A stretch of DNA of 37,225 bases from an uncultured bacterium (GTDB taxonomy: Bacteria > Methylomirabilota > Methylomirabilia > Rokubacteriales > CSP1-6): contig CAYFIG010000001.1 of the NCBI GenBank assembly GCA_964342905.1, forward strand, positions 1 through 37,225, in the 5' to 3' direction. The notes under the pieces are model-generated. The model searched no databases, had not been told where the DNA came from, and saw nothing but the letters and a program-made list of their open reading frames with translations. Position 1 is the stretch's first letter; the number at the start of each line of letters is the position of its first letter. Positions 23,252 through 33,904 of this stretch are shown here, one piece after another. Made by a program: the position numbers and the translations under genes.

Positions 23252-25510
23252 CTAAAATGTCGAGCCCACCGAGAAGTGAAACTCGGTCGGGCTCTCCCCC
23301 TTCCGGCGGTCCAGGTTGTAGCCCCAGTCCAATCGGATCGGCCCAAAGGGTGACTGCCAGCGCATTCCGACCCCCGCGGCCTCCCGGGTGTCAGTCGGAT
23401 CGAAATCCTTGGTGAAGCCGTACACGTTGCCCGCATCGAAGAACGTGGCCAACCGGATCCCAAAGCCGATGGGGATTACGTGCTCCAGGTTCAGCAACAC
23501 CTCGGACGTCCCGCCGATGCGGGTGCCGGATGCATCCACGGGAGAGATCTGCCGGGCCTTTCGGCCCCGGATGGAGTTGGACCCGCCGAGGAAGAACCGT
23601 TCGAAGAGCGGCAGATCCTGGTCGCCAAACCCGAAGCCGTACCCCGCTTCAAAGCGGCCGGAGAGGATCGTACCCCAGAAAACCGGGTGGAAGTAGGAGA
23701 CGTTCCCAACCGTTTTCAGGAACCTGTTGTCGCCGCCGAGCCCTGCGACGTCGGTGGCAAGGCTCAGCAGGCCCCCCTTCGTGGTGGCGAACACATTATC
23801 GCGCGTGTCCCTGGTCACGGCTCCCCCGATCAGCGAGGTGACGGTGGTGCCCTCTTCGCTCGTCAAGACGGTCGAGGCCAGATTGGACACGTCGGAAATC
23901 TCGTCCCGGCTAAGCCGGTAAGTCAGGTGCGCCCGCGAGAACTCCAGGAACGGGTGGCTCAGCCGAAGACCTCCACCCAGGCTGTCCACGGTGAAGTCCA
24001 AGAACACGCGGCGGTTGTTGAAGAGGTCGAACCCGGCTGAGAGCGGCCGGTCAAAGAGCCAGGGCTCGGTGAAGGAAACCACTCCCTGCTGGGTCCGCGC
24101 CCCGCCGCGGAGCCGGAGCGACACCTCCCAGCCCTTGCCAAGAAAGTTACGCTGGGAGAGATCAATGAGCCCGAGAAAGCCGTCAGCCGAGCTGTACCCG
24201 CCTCCGAGGCTGAAGAGCCCAGTGGGACGCTCGGTGACCTCAATGTTCACCGCGATCTTGTCCTTGGCTGATCCTGGGGCCGTCGAGGCCCTGACGGTCT
24301 CGAAGTATCCCAGGTTCACCAGGCGCTGCCGGGCCCGGTCGAGCTTTTGGCTGGTAAAGAGATCGCCCTCCGCCATCGGGATCTCTCGTCTCAGGATCTT
24401 CTCCTGGCTCCGTACGTTCCCGCTGATGTTGATCCGCTCGACGAAGACTTCCGGGCCTTCCGTAATCTCAAGGGTGAGGTTGACCTTCCGAGCGGTTGGC
24501 TCCTGGCTGGTGATCGGGCCCACGTCTACAGAAGCCCGGCCGATGCTGCTGTAGAGATCCCTGATACCTTCCACGCTCTCTCGCAGCTTGGATCGGGAGA
24601 ACACGTCGCCGGGGGCCAGCTTGACCTGCCGGCGGACCTCTTCCACGGGGAGCACGTTGGTTCCAGTGACACCCACGCTCCCGACGGTAAACTGGGGGCC
24701 CTCCACCACCTTGATCGCGATCGTCACCCGAGCGCGCTTCTCGTCCACGCTGATCTCGTGGCCCTCCACCCTGGCTTGGATATAGCCATGGTCATTGTAG
24801 AAGAGGAGGATTCGCTCCATGTCTTCTTCCAGGCGCTGGCGCTGGACGACCCCGCGGAGGATAAAGAACTGGCGTTCCTGAGTCGCCATCACTCCTTTGA
24901 TTTGGCGGGGAGTCAGACCCTTGGTCCCCTCGATGACGATGCGCTCGATAGTGATCCGCCGTCCTTCCGTAATCCGGAACACAACCTTCACATCTTCCTC
25001 AGCCACTCGCTCGGTTTCGGGAGCAATCTGGACCTCGAAATACCCCTCGTCCTCGTAATGGTCCTTAAGCTTGCTCACGGCCTTCTGCACGTCCACGGGG
25101 TTGTAAACGGTTCCAAGCTTGAGATCGATCTTCTCCTGCAGGGTTGAGGTATCGATGCGCCGGTTGCCAACGAATCCGATGTCGCGGATAAGCGGACGCT
25201 CCACCACCATCAAGATGATCTTCACGCCTCCCTCGAAGTCTTCCACTTGGAGCTGGACGTCGTCGAAGAACCCGAGGGCGAAGATGTTCCGGATGTCTTC
25301 AGCCAGCCGGACGGGGACGAAGGGAGATCCCACCTTGGTCTGGACCCGCCCCAGGATCACGGCCTCCTGGATCCGCCGGTTCCCCTGAACTGCGATCTCC
25401 TTAACGAGAACCGGTTGCTGCCCTTCCTGGGCCGGAGTCCGGAACGGGAACAGGAAGAAGGCAAAAAAAAGGAAGAGCAGTACCCTTCCTCGGCTCATCA
25501 TCGGCCGCAA
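23252..25510 (-). CDS. bamA: outer membrane protein assembly factor BamA (Omp85; POTRA repeats plus beta-barrel)
   Basis: 752 aa with a signal peptide, POTRA-like repeats, and a C-terminal barrel ending ...EFHFSVGSTF (terminal aromatic residue). Confidence 0.95.
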   Translation of the reverse strand: MRPMMSRGRVLLFLFFAFFLFPFRTPAQEGQQPVLVKEIAVQGNRRIQEAVILGRVQTKVGSPFVPVRLAEDIRNIFALGFFDDVQLQVEDFEGGVKIILMVVERPLIRDIGFVGNRRIDTSTLQEKIDLKLGTVYNPVDVQKAVSKLKDHYEDEGYFEVQIAPETERVAEEDVKVVFRITEGRRITIERIVIEGTKGLTPRQIKGVMATQERQFFILRGVVQRQRLEEDMERILLFYNDHGYIQARVEGHEISVDEKRARVTIAIKVVEGPQFTVGSVGVTGTNVLPVEEVRRQVKLAPGDVFSRSKLRESVEGIRDLYSSIGRASVDVGPITSQEPTARKVNLTLEITEGPEVFVERINISGNVRSQEKILRREIPMAEGDLFTSQKLDRARQRLVNLGYFETVRASTAPGSAKDKIAVNIEVTERPTGLFSLGGGYSSADGFLGLIDLSQRNFLGKGWEVSLRLRGGARTQQGVVSFTEPWLFDRPLSAGFDLFNNRRVFLDFTVDSLGGGLRLSHPFLEFSRAHLTYRLSRDEISDVSNLASTVLTSEEGTTVTSLIGGAVTRDTRDNVFATTKGGLLSLATDVAGLGGDNRFLKTVGNVSYFHPVFWGTILSGRFEAGYGFGFGDQDLPLFERFFLGGSNSIRGRKARQISPVDASGTRIGGTSEVLLNLEHVIPIGFGIRLATFFDAGNVYGFTKDFDPTDTREAAGVGMRWQSPFGPIRLDWGYNLDRRKGESPTEFHFSVGSTF

Positions 25511-25554
25511 GCCCTCCCGTCCGCTGGAGTAAACAGCGGCGAGCGGACCCGCCG

Positions 25555-28002
25555 TCAGTGCTCCGCCAGCTCGAGGGGGGGCTCTACCGGTTCCTGCTCG
25601 CGCAGAGCGAAGGCTTCCCCCTCGCTGTCCACTGCGATGCGGGCGCCTTCCGAGAATTGCCCGCGCACGATGGCCTCGGCCAGAGGATCCTCGATGTGCT
25701 TCTGAATGGTGCGCCGGAGCTGTCGGGCGCCGTAGATCGGATCGTACCCTTTTCGAACCAGGAGATCCTCCGCGCTGAGGGTCAGCACGATACGAATCCC
25801 CTTCTCGGCCAGCTGTTTGTTAATACGATCAATCATGAGGCGGATGATCCCCTTGATGTGGTTCACCGAGAGCACGTGGAAAACGACGATCTCGTCGATT
25901 CGGTTGATGAACTCGGGCCGGAAGGCGCGCTTGAGTTCCTCCATGACCCGCTCCTTCATGCGCTCGTACGACTCATCCTGGGACTCTTGGAGGAAGCCCG
26001 GCGTCGTCCGCTTGCCGATCAGCTGGGTCCCTAAGTTGGAGGTCATGATGAGGATGGTATTTTTGAAGTCGACAACATGCCCCAGCGAATCCGTGAGCCT
26101 CCCGTCGTCCAACACCTGGAGTAGCAGGTTGAACACGTCTGGGTGGGCCTTCTCGATCTCGTCGAAGAGGACCACCGAGTAGGGGCGGCGGCGGACCTTC
26201 TCGGTGAGGAATCCCCCCTCTTCGTACCCCACGTAGCCCGGCGGGGCGCCGAGCAGCCTGGACACCGAGAACTTCTCCATGTACTCCGACATGTCGATGC
26301 GAATCAAGGCGTTCTCGTCGCCGAAGAGGAACTCGGCAAGGGCGCGCGCCAGCTCGGTCTTCCCCACTCCGGTCGGCCCGAGAAAGATGAAGGAACCCAC
26401 GGGGCGCTTAGCGTCCTTGAGGCCCGCCCGGGACCGCCGGATGGCCCGGGACACCGCCACGAGCGCATCATCCTGGCCAACGATCCGCCCGTGGAGGGCC
26501 TCCTCCATGCGGGCGAGTTTCTGCGATTCTTTCTCCTCCAGCTTGGAGAGCGGGATGCCGGTCCAGCGGGAAACGATGTATTCAATATCCTCCTCTCCCA
26601 CGCTGGTCGAAACCTTCCCCTTGTGCTTTTCCCACTCCCGCTTGAGATCGTCGTCCCGGCCGCGAAGGAGCTTCTCCTTTTCTCGGAGTGAGGCGGCTTT
26701 CTCGAACTCCTGGGCTTCCAGGTACATGTCTTTTTCCCGCACCACTCGCTCGATCTCTTTCTCGAGCTCCTTGACCTCCGGTGGCGGGGTCAGCGCCATG
26801 AGCCGCGTCCGTGACGACGCCTCGTCGATCACGTCAATAGCCTTGTCGGGGAGCTGGCGGTCGGTGATATAGCGGTCCGCCAGCTTGACCGCGGCGTCGA
26901 TGGCTTCGTCGGTAATCTTCACCCGGTGGTGAGCCTCGTACTTGTGCCGGAGTCCCCGGATGATCTCGATGGCCTCGGGAACGGTCGGCGGCCGCACAAT
27001 AATGGGTTGGAAGCGGCGCTCCAGGGCGCCGTCCTTCTCGATATACTTCCGATACTCGTCAAGGGTCGTGGCGCCGATCGTCTGGATCTCACCCCGGCTG
27101 AGGGCGGGCTTCAGCATGTTGGAGGCATCGATGGCGCCTTCGGCGGCTCCTGCACCGATCAGCGTGTGGAGCTCATCGAGAAAGAGGATCACGTTCTCGG
27201 ACTGACGGATCTCTTTCATCACGGCCTTGAGTCGCTCCTCAAACTGGCCGCGGTACTTCGTGCCTGCGACGAGGGCACCGAGGTCTAGCTGGAGCAAGCG
27301 CTTTCCGGCGAGCACGTCGGGGATGTCGTGGTTGACGATTTTCTGCGCCAGCCCCTCGACGATGGCCGTCTTCCCCACCCCCGGCTCTCCGATCAGCACC
27401 GGGTTATTCTTGGTTCGCCGGGCCAGGATCTGGATGACGCGCTCAATCTCCATCTCCCGGCCGATGACGGGATCCAGCTTCCCCTCGCGGGCCAGCTGGG
27501 TCAGGTCGCGAGCGAACTCATCCAAGACGGGTGTCTGGGAGCGTTTCTTCGGACGCGGATAGTACTGATCGCCCAGCAGCGCCAGTGTCTCCTGGCGGAC
27601 CTCGTCGAGCCGGGCTCCGAGCGATTCGAGAATCTTGGCGGCGATGGACTGTCCTTCCTTCATGAGGCCCAGTAGGAGGTGCTCGGTGCCGATGTAGTTA
27701 TGACCAAGCTGGCGCGCCTCCTCGATGGAGAACTCGAGCACGCGCTTGGCCTGCGGCGTGAAGGGAACCTCGCCGAAGGTCAGAGTCTTGGGGAACCCGG
27801 CGAGGGCGCGCTCGACCTCGGCTTTGACCGTCTCGAGTTTGAGACCGAGGCGTTGGAGGACAGCGGTGGCGATCCCTTCTCCATCTCGGATCAACCCGAG
27901 GAGGATGTGCTCGGTTCCCACGAAGTCGTGACGAAACCGGCCGGCCTCCTCACGCGCCAGAATAATGACCCGCCGCGCCCGCTCCGTAAATCGCTCGAAC
28001 AC
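25555..28002 (-). CDS. clpC: ATP-dependent Clp protease ATP-binding subunit ClpC (class I AAA+, two NBDs)
   Basis: 815 aa with a GTG start. The N-terminus has a Clp_N repeat ([13 protein letters not shown]...GTEHILLGL; second copy [11 protein letters not shown]). Walker A motifs are GEPGVGKT and GPTGVGKT, with a short UVR-like middle domain. Confidence 0.92.
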   Translation of the reverse strand: MFERFTERARRVIILAREEAGRFRHDFVGTEHILLGLIRDGEGIATAVLQRLGLKLETVKAEVERALAGFPKTLTFGEVPFTPQAKRVLEFSIEEARQLGHNYIGTEHLLLGLMKEGQSIAAKILESLGARLDEVRQETLALLGDQYYPRPKKRSQTPVLDEFARDLTQLAREGKLDPVIGREMEIERVIQILARRTKNNPVLIGEPGVGKTAIVEGLAQKIVNHDIPDVLAGKRLLQLDLGALVAGTKYRGQFEERLKAVMKEIRQSENVILFLDELHTLIGAGAAEGAIDASNMLKPALSRGEIQTIGATTLDEYRKYIEKDGALERRFQPIIVRPPTVPEAIEIIRGLRHKYEAHHRVKITDEAIDAAVKLADRYITDRQLPDKAIDVIDEASSRTRLMALTPPPEVKELEKEIERVVREKDMYLEAQEFEKAASLREKEKLLRGRDDDLKREWEKHKGKVSTSVGEEDIEYIVSRWTGIPLSKLEEKESQKLARMEEALHGRIVGQDDALVAVSRAIRRSRAGLKDAKRPVGSFIFLGPTGVGKTELARALAEFLFGDENALIRIDMSEYMEKFSVSRLLGAPPGYVGYEEGGFLTEKVRRRPYSVVLFDEIEKAHPDVFNLLLQVLDDGRLTDSLGHVVDFKNTILIMTSNLGTQLIGKRTTPGFLQESQDESYERMKERVMEELKRAFRPEFINRIDEIVVFHVLSVNHIKGIIRLMIDRINKQLAEKGIRIVLTLSAEDLLVRKGYDPIYGARQLRRTIQKHIEDPLAEAIVRGQFSEGARIAVDSEGEAFALREQEPVEPPLELAEH

Positions 28003-28073
28003 TTGTGTCAGCCCCTTCCTCTGCTATTCGGATTCACATCTGGCTCGCCATCCCGGACGGCAAGGCCAGTTTT

Positions 28074-28079
28074 ATTATA
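28074..28079 (-). promoter_or_regulatory. possible -10 box (TATAAT) upstream of clpC
   Basis: A perfect TATAAT on the minus strand lies 72 nt upstream of the clpC GTG, in an AT-richer patch. No good -35 element was found. Confidence 0.3.
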
Positions 28080-28218
28080 CCTAACCCCACAACGGCCTCC
28101 TAGTCTTTATTTTAGAGACCCTGGGTGGGGGTGTTCTCCTGCTGGACGAGATTCTAGAGCGCCTTGACCGTGCGAACAGTCAGCTGGCCAAGCCCCGGAA
28201 CCAACCCGCCGGTCGATC

Positions 28219-29286
28219 CTAGACCTCCTGGGTCCAGCCGCGAGAGTCCGGGACCCGGGCGTACTGGATGTCAACGATCGCCTGGTACAGGCGTTGCGTC
28301 AGCTCACCGATACGTCCTTCATGAATCACGATGCGCTCACCCCGGTACGCGAGCTCACCGACGGGCGAGATGACCGCGGCGGTCCCGGTGCCCCAGACCT
28401 CACGGAGCGTCCCGTTGCGGGCGGCGGCGATCACCTCGTCGATCGTGATCGGGCGCTCGGACACGGAGAGCCCCCATTCGCGCAGGAGGATCAGCACCGA
28501 GTCCCGGGTCACGCCGGAGAGGATCGTGCCGGTAAGCGGAGGGGTGACGATCTCATCGCCGAGCCGCAGCATGATGTTCATGGTCCCGACTTCCTCGACG
28601 TACTTCCGATGAACGCCGTCGAGGTAGAGGACCTGGGTGAATCCGGAGTGGTGCGCTTCTTCGGCGGCGAGGAGGCTCGCGGCATAGTTGCCGCCGGTCT
28701 TCGCCTCGCCGACCCCACCTTCCACGGCGCGGACGTATTTCTCCATGACCAGGATCTTGACCGGGTTCATCCCCTCGGGGTAGTAGGCGCCGACAGGCGA
28801 GAGGATCACATAGTACAGGTAGGACTTCGCCGGCCGGACGCCGAGGAAGGGCTCGGTAGAGATTATGGTGGGTCGGACGTACAGGGCCGTGCCCACGCTG
28901 GAGGGAACCCAGTCGCGCTCCAGCTCCACCAGCTCCACGAGCGACCGGAGCGCCAGATCCGGGTCCAGCGGCGGGATGCACATGCGCCTGGCAGAGCTGT
29001 TGAGCCGCTCGATGTGCTTCCCGGGCCGGAACAGGCGCACCCAGCCGTCCACGCCTCGGAAGGCCTTGAGCCCCTCGAAGACCGACTGCGCGTAGTGGAG
29101 AACCGCTGTGGCCGGATCCAGGGACAAGGGCCCGTACGGCTCGATGCGCGGGTCGTACCAGCCTTTCTCCTCCTGGTAGTCCAACAGGAACATGTGATCG
29201 GTAAAGACCGTGCCGAACCCGAGATCCTTGTCCTTTGGCTTCGGCTTCTTCGTGGCCGCCCGGTTGATCCTGATCGCGTCGCTCAT
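28219..29286 (-). CDS. ilvE: branched-chain amino acid aminotransferase (PLP fold type IV)
   Basis: 355 aa from the ATG at 29286 (MSDAIRINRA...), with GFGTVFTDHMF, EGLKAFR, GEAKTGGNYAASL and GVTRDS. Confidence 0.9.
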   Translation of the reverse strand: MSDAIRINRAATKKPKPKDKDLGFGTVFTDHMFLLDYQEEKGWYDPRIEPYGPLSLDPATAVLHYAQSVFEGLKAFRGVDGWVRLFRPGKHIERLNSSARRMCIPPLDPDLALRSLVELVELERDWVPSSVGTALYVRPTIISTEPFLGVRPAKSYLYYVILSPVGAYYPEGMNPVKILVMEKYVRAVEGGVGEAKTGGNYAASLLAAEEAHHSGFTQVLYLDGVHRKYVEEVGTMNIMLRLGDEIVTPPLTGTILSGVTRDSVLILLREWGLSVSERPITIDEVIAAARNGTLREVWGTGTAAVISPVGELAYRGERIVIHEGRIGELTQRLYQAIVDIQYARVPDSRGWTQEV

Positions 29287-29361
29287 GATCGCCCTCGGCT
29301 TGAGGAGTGGGTCCAGGGAGAGTCTAGCATGCTGCGACCGCCACTGCGAACCAAGCATCGG

Positions 29362-30042
29362 CTACGGCCAGGGAACCGCCCGCCCGTCCACGAGCCGATA
29401 GCCACGATCTGCCTTTCGCGCCAGCTCCTGGTTGTGGGTGGCGACGACGAAGGTCAGCCCCCGTTCGGCCTGGAGCCGGAGGAAGAGATCGAAGATCACT
29501 TCGCTCGTCTTCGGATCAAGGTTTCCCGTCGGCTCGTCAGCCAAAATCAGCCGGGGCCGGCCGACGAGCGCCCGGGCAATGGCGACTCGCTGATGCTCAC
29601 CGCCCGAGAGCTCTCCCGGCCGGTGTCGCTGCCGATCGCCGAGCCCGACTTCGCTCAAGGCCTCTGCGGCTCGGCTCCGGGCTTCGTCGAACGGCCGCCG
29701 CTGCAGCAGCGCCGGGAGCATGGCGTTCTCCAGCGCAGTCATCTCTCCGAGGAGGTTGTAGAACTGGAAGATGAACCCGACCTCCGTCCGGCGAAACCGG
29801 GCCAGCTCACTTTCCGAGCGGGTGAAAAGATCCTCGCCGTCGAAGCGGACGTGGCCTGCCGTGGGGCGATCCAGGGCTCCCAGGAGGTGGAGGAGCGTTG
29901 ATTTCCCGACCCCGGAGGCGCCGACGAGGACCACGACCTCGCCTGGCCGCACCGACATGTTCACCCCTCGGAGGACCCGAACTGGCTCGGGACCGCTCCG
30001 GTACTCCTTTTCCAGCTCCCGCACCACCAGGAGATCACTCAT
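29362..30042 (-). CDS. lolD: lipoprotein-releasing ABC transporter ATP-binding protein (LolD/MacB-type)
   Basis: 226 aa with Walker A GASGVGKST, signature LSGGEHQRVAIARAL and Walker B LILADEPTGNLD. It overlaps the upstream permease gene by 8 nt. Confidence 0.8.
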   Translation of the reverse strand: MSDLLVVRELEKEYRSGPEPVRVLRGVNMSVRPGEVVVLVGASGVGKSTLLHLLGALDRPTAGHVRFDGEDLFTRSESELARFRRTEVGFIFQFYNLLGEMTALENAMLPALLQRRPFDEARSRAAEALSEVGLGDRQRHRPGELSGGEHQRVAIARALVGRPRLILADEPTGNLDPKTSEVIFDLFLRLQAERGLTFVVATHNQELARKADRGYRLVDGRAVPWP

Positions 30043-31279
30043 AGCGGAGAACCTCCGCGGGCGGGAGGGCTGCGGCCCGGCGGGCCGGCGACAGGGTGGC
30101 CAGGAACGAGATCGCTAGGGTGGCGGTGACGACCAGGACAAAGTCGGTCCCGGTGAGTTTCATCGGGAGATGGTCGATCTGATACACATCGGCCGGCGGT
30201 CGGATGATCTTGAAGGTATTCTGAACCCAGATCAACACCCAGCCAAAGCAGCTCCCCGCCGCGGTCCCCACCATCCCGATCAGCATCCCCACCGACAGGA
30301 AGATGCTCGCGATGCTCCCAGCCGAAGCGCCCATCGCCTTTAGAACCCCGATCTCCTTGCGCTTCTCCGCGACCAGGAGCACCAGGTGGCCGATGATGGC
30401 GAAGGCCGCCACCAGGACAATGATGGCCACGATGATGAAGAGCGCCAGCTTCTCAAGCTGGAGGGCGGCGAAGAGATTGCGGTTCATCTCCATCCAGTCC
30501 CGGATCCAGAACCCGGCACCGAGGCGGGCAGCAATCGCCTTCCCCACGGCTTTAGCCGCAAACGGGTCGTGGAGCTTGACCTCGATCCCCGTCACCCGGT
30601 CATCGAGGCCAGCGAACTCCTGGGCTACCGGGAGCGAGACGTAGGCCAGCGAGGCGTCGTACTCGTACATTCCCGCCTCGAAGATCCCGGCCACGACAAA
30701 GCGGCGCATCTTGGGAACCATCCCCACCGCTGTCATGACGCCCTGGGGAGAAATGACGGTCACCGCGTCCCCCGGGATCACGCCCAGCGTGCGGGCCAGC
30801 TCGCGGCCGAGCGCGATCCCCGGATCGGCACCCGAGCGGCTGAGCGTCTCGAGATTTCCCTGCTTGATCTGACGACCGAGGTCAGCCCGCACCGCCGCGT
30901 CGGAGAGGTCCACGCCCCGCACGAGCCCCCCTGTCGCGCCACCGCCCTGAGCGGTGAAGAGCGCCTGCTGGAGGACGAAGGGACCAGCACTCTTCACCCC
31001 CGGCAGTCCACTCAGGCGCTCGGCCAGACTGCGGAAGTCCCCGACCCCACGGCCTCCCCATTCCAAAACCAGGATGTGGGGATTGGCCGCGATGATCTTT
31101 TCCTTAATCCCGTCCTGGAAGCCTGTCATGACGGCAAGCACCACAATCAGCGCGCTCACGCCCAGGAACACCCCGCCGATCCCGATCCAGACAAACAGCG
31201 AGAGGTTGGTCCGTGTGCCCCGGGCCCGGAGGTAACGGAGACCGAGGAATAGCTCAAAGGGCAAGCTTCGGCTCAGCAT
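30035..31279 (-). CDS. lipoprotein-releasing system permease LolC/LolE (FtsX-type with MacB-like periplasmic domain)
   Basis: 414 aa with the characteristic N-terminus [13 protein letters not shown], four transmembrane segments and a large loop after TM1. Confidence 0.85.
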   Translation of the reverse strand: MLSRSLPFELFLGLRYLRARGTRTNLSLFVWIGIGGVFLGVSALIVVLAVMTGFQDGIKEKIIAANPHILVLEWGGRGVGDFRSLAERLSGLPGVKSAGPFVLQQALFTAQGGGATGGLVRGVDLSDAAVRADLGRQIKQGNLETLSRSGADPGIALGRELARTLGVIPGDAVTVISPQGVMTAVGMVPKMRRFVVAGIFEAGMYEYDASLAYVSLPVAQEFAGLDDRVTGIEVKLHDPFAAKAVGKAIAARLGAGFWIRDWMEMNRNLFAALQLEKLALFIIVAIIVLVAAFAIIGHLVLLVAEKRKEIGVLKAMGASAGSIASIFLSVGMLIGMVGTAAGSCFGWVLIWVQNTFKIIRPPADVYQIDHLPMKLTGTDFVLVVTATLAISFLATLSPARRAAALPPAEVLRYE

Positions 31280-32793
31280 GAGCGCGCGTCGCCTTCGTCG
31301 GCTTCCCCAGGCCTGGGCTCGGGCCTGAGATGCGGGAAGAGGATGACGTCCCTGATCGAGGGCTGATCGGTGAACACCATCACGACCCGGTCAATCCCGA
31401 TCCCTTCCCCGGCCGTTGGGGGCATGCCGTACTCGAGCGCCCGGACGAAGTCCTCGTCAAGCCAGTGGGCCTCGTCGTCTCCGCGTTCCCGTTCGGCCGC
31501 CTGTTCCCGGAACCGCTCCCGCTGCTCCCGGGGGTCGTTCAGCTCGGTGTAGCCGTTGGCCAGCTCCGTCTTGGCCACAAAGAGCTCGAAGCGATCAGCC
31601 AGCCTGGGGTTCTCTCGCTTCCGCTTCGCGAGCGGGGAGAGCTCGATTGGAAAGTCTGTGACGAACGTGGGCTGAACCAGGGTCGGCTCCACCAAACTTT
31701 CGAACAGGGCTTTCCAGTGTTTCGCCCGTGTTCCGGCTGGATCCGTCTGCACCACGCGCCCCTCCCCATGGTGGCGAATCAGCTCCCACGGATCCGTGTC
31801 CGGAGTGACCGGGACGCCAAGCTGCTGGGCGATGCCTTCGTGGAACCGGAGCCGACACCAGGGAGGGGAGAGATCGATCCTGTTCCCCTGGTAAGTCACA
31901 CACGGGCTCCCCGTGAGAGACTGAGCCAGGTGAAGGAAGAGCGCTTCGGTGAGCTCCATCAGGTCGCTCGCGTCGGCGTATGCCTGGTAGAGCTCCAGCA
32001 TGGTGAACTCGGGGTTATGCTGGGTGGACACCCCCTCGTTTCGAAAGTTTCGATTGATCTCGTACACCCGGTCGAACCCGGCGACCACCAGTCGCTTGAG
32101 GTACAGCTCGGGTGCAACCCGCAAAAAGAGATCCATGCCCAGGGCGTTGTGGTGAGTGACGAACGGCCGGGCCGTAGCCCCGCCCGGGATCTGTTGCATC
32201 ATCGGCGTTTCGACCTCCAGAAAGCCACGGGCATCCAGGAACTCTCGGATCACCTTGACCAGGCGGGTCTTCAAGACGAACACGTCCCGGACCCCGGGGT
32301 TCACGAGGAGGTCCACGTACCGCTGGCGGTAGCGGGTCTCGACGTCCTTGAGCCCGTGCCACTTCTCCGGGAGCGGTCGGACCGACTTGGTCAGGAAGGC
32401 GAAGGATTTGACGGCCACGGTCAACTCGCCCGTGCGGGTCCGAAACAGCTCCCCCGTCACCCCGATGAAATCTCCCGTATCCAGGTCGGTGAAGAGGGCG
32501 TAGTCATCTGCCAGCTGATCGGTGCGGGCGTAGAGCTGAATCTGCCCGGTGTAGTCCCTGAGGTGGGCGAAGCAGGTCTTGCCATGGTGCCGGAGCGCCA
32601 TGATGCGTCCCGCCACGCTGACGGTACCGAAGTTCCTGAGCTCCTCCTCGGTGGCCCGGACGCGGAGCGGCTCGAAGTCACGGACCCAGTGGGTGACCGG
32701 GTAGCGGCTGCCAAAGGGATCGATCCCGCGCTCCCTGAGCGCCTGGAGCTTGGCGTGGCGACGGCGGATGAGCTCGTTGGTGTTGTCGAGCAC
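31273..32793 (-). CDS. lysS: lysine--tRNA ligase, class II
   Basis: 506 aa with an OB anticodon-binding domain ([19 protein letters not shown]) and class II motifs ([22 protein letters not shown]). Confidence 0.95.
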   Translation of the reverse strand: MLDNTNELIRRRHAKLQALRERGIDPFGSRYPVTHWVRDFEPLRVRATEEELRNFGTVSVAGRIMALRHHGKTCFAHLRDYTGQIQLYARTDQLADDYALFTDLDTGDFIGVTGELFRTRTGELTVAVKSFAFLTKSVRPLPEKWHGLKDVETRYRQRYVDLLVNPGVRDVFVLKTRLVKVIREFLDARGFLEVETPMMQQIPGGATARPFVTHHNALGMDLFLRVAPELYLKRLVVAGFDRVYEINRNFRNEGVSTQHNPEFTMLELYQAYADASDLMELTEALFLHLAQSLTGSPCVTYQGNRIDLSPPWCRLRFHEGIAQQLGVPVTPDTDPWELIRHHGEGRVVQTDPAGTRAKHWKALFESLVEPTLVQPTFVTDFPIELSPLAKRKRENPRLADRFELFVAKTELANGYTELNDPREQRERFREQAAERERGDDEAHWLDEDFVRALEYGMPPTAGEGIGIDRVVMVFTDQPSIRDVILFPHLRPEPRPGEADEGDARSC

Positions 32794-32804
32794 GGTCCGC
32801 TGCC

Positions 32805-33903
32805 CTATGCTGGCTTCCCTGCCAGCAGAAAAGCTCTGATAAAGGGATCAAGCTCGCCGTCCATGACCGCCTCTACGTTCCCGACCTCCAAGCCCGTGCG
32901 GTGGTCCTTGATGAGCTGGTAGGGATGAAACGTGTAGGAGCGGATCTGGCTTCCGAAGGCGATCTCTTTCTTCTCGCCGGTCAGCTCGGCCAGCTCTTCT
33001 CGCTGTTTCTTCTCGTAGAGCTGGTAGAGCCTGGCGCGGAGGATCCGAAGTGCGGTGTCGCGGTTCCTGAGCTGGGAGCGCTCGTTCTGGCACTGGACCA
33101 CGAGCCCGGTTGGGTAATGGGTGATCCGAACCGCCGAATCCGCGGTGTTCACCCCCTGCCCTCCGGGGCCGGACGACCGAAACACGTCAATACGAAGATC
33201 TTCTTCCCGGATCACCACCTCCACGTCCTCCACCTCGGGGATCACCGAAACCGACACGAACGAGGTGTGCCGGCGGCGGGAGGCATCAAAGGGAGAAATC
33301 CTGACCAGCCGGTGCACGCCGGTCTCGCCCTTGAGATAGCCGTAGGCGTACTCTCCCTTCACCTCGATCGTGACGGACTTGACCCCCGCCTCTTCCCCTG
33401 GAAGCAGGTCCACCACCTCGGCGGCATAGCCAGCCCCCTCGGCCCAGCGGAGGTACATGCGCATGAGCATCTGAGCCCAGTCCTGGGACTCGGTGCCTCC
33501 GGCGCCGGGGTGGATGGAGAGGATGGCGGCCTTCGCATCGTGCGGGCCGGAAAGAGTGATTTTTAACTCGAACTCGTCGAGACCGCGTCGGAGCTCCCGG
33601 ACACCGGCCTCAATCTCGGGCGCGAGCCGCTCGTCCCCTTCCGCTGTGGCCAGCTCCCAGAGAAGGCGGATCTCCTCGGCCTGCCTGGCGAGATCCCGCC
33701 AGCGGCTCACCAGGCGGGACAGTTCAGAACGCTCCTGCACCAGCCCCTGGGCGCGGCGGCTGTCATCCCAGAAAGCCGGCGAGGCCATCTCCATTTCGAT
33801 CTGGCTGAGGCGAGCTTCCTTCGCGGAAAGGTCAAAGATGCCCCCGAAGGTCATCGAGCCGCTTTTCAAACTCCAGCACCTCGCGCTTCAGCTCTCCCGG
33901 CAT
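32805..33903 (-). CDS. prfB: peptide chain release factor 2, expressed through a programmed +1 frameshift
   Basis: The main ORF carries SPF-type RF2 features and GGQ ([11 protein letters not shown]). A 23-codon frame-0 leader ([23 protein letters not shown]) starts at the ATG at 33903 and ends at CTT TGA C. Confidence 0.95.
33832..33837 (-). other. RF2 autoregulatory +1 frameshift site (CTT TGA C) with an upstream internal SD-like GGGGG
   Basis: The minus strand reads CGGGGGCATCTTTGAC. The E. coli site is AGGGGGTATCTTTGAC. After the shift the reading continues D L S A K E A R L, matching the long ORF. Confidence 0.9.
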
Positions 33904-33904
33904 G

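Noticed and set aside
28003-28218. Possible heat-shock operator (CtsR box or CIRCE) upstream of clpC
   Set aside because: Only a single GGTCAAG half-site is present (no tandem heptad), and there is no TTAGCACTC-N9-GAGTGCTAA inverted repeat. Only a lone TATAAT could be noted.
15309-29358. Long N-terminal extensions in track ORFs for lpxK (to 16676), skp (to 23463), lpxA (to 21654), ilvE (to 29358), and likewise the NtrC-like gene (to 6969)
   Set aside because: The extensions overlap the upstream gene heavily, are compositionally junk-like, and precede an internal ATG where the family-typical N-terminus or signal peptide begins. Starts were moved to 16361, 23229, 21606, 29286 and 6891.
193-32922. 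Many long plus-strand ORFs in the track (e.g. 193-1056, 3379-4356, 8564-9292, 15525-16721, 19838-21109, 28294-29901 at 535 aa, 31330-32922 at 530 aa)
   Set aside because: Each lies antisense to a minus-strand gene with clear family signatures. Their products are Arg/Gly/Pro/Ala-rich and low in complexity, with no recognisable motifs. This is the usual stop-codon-poor shadow-frame effect in GC-rich DNA.
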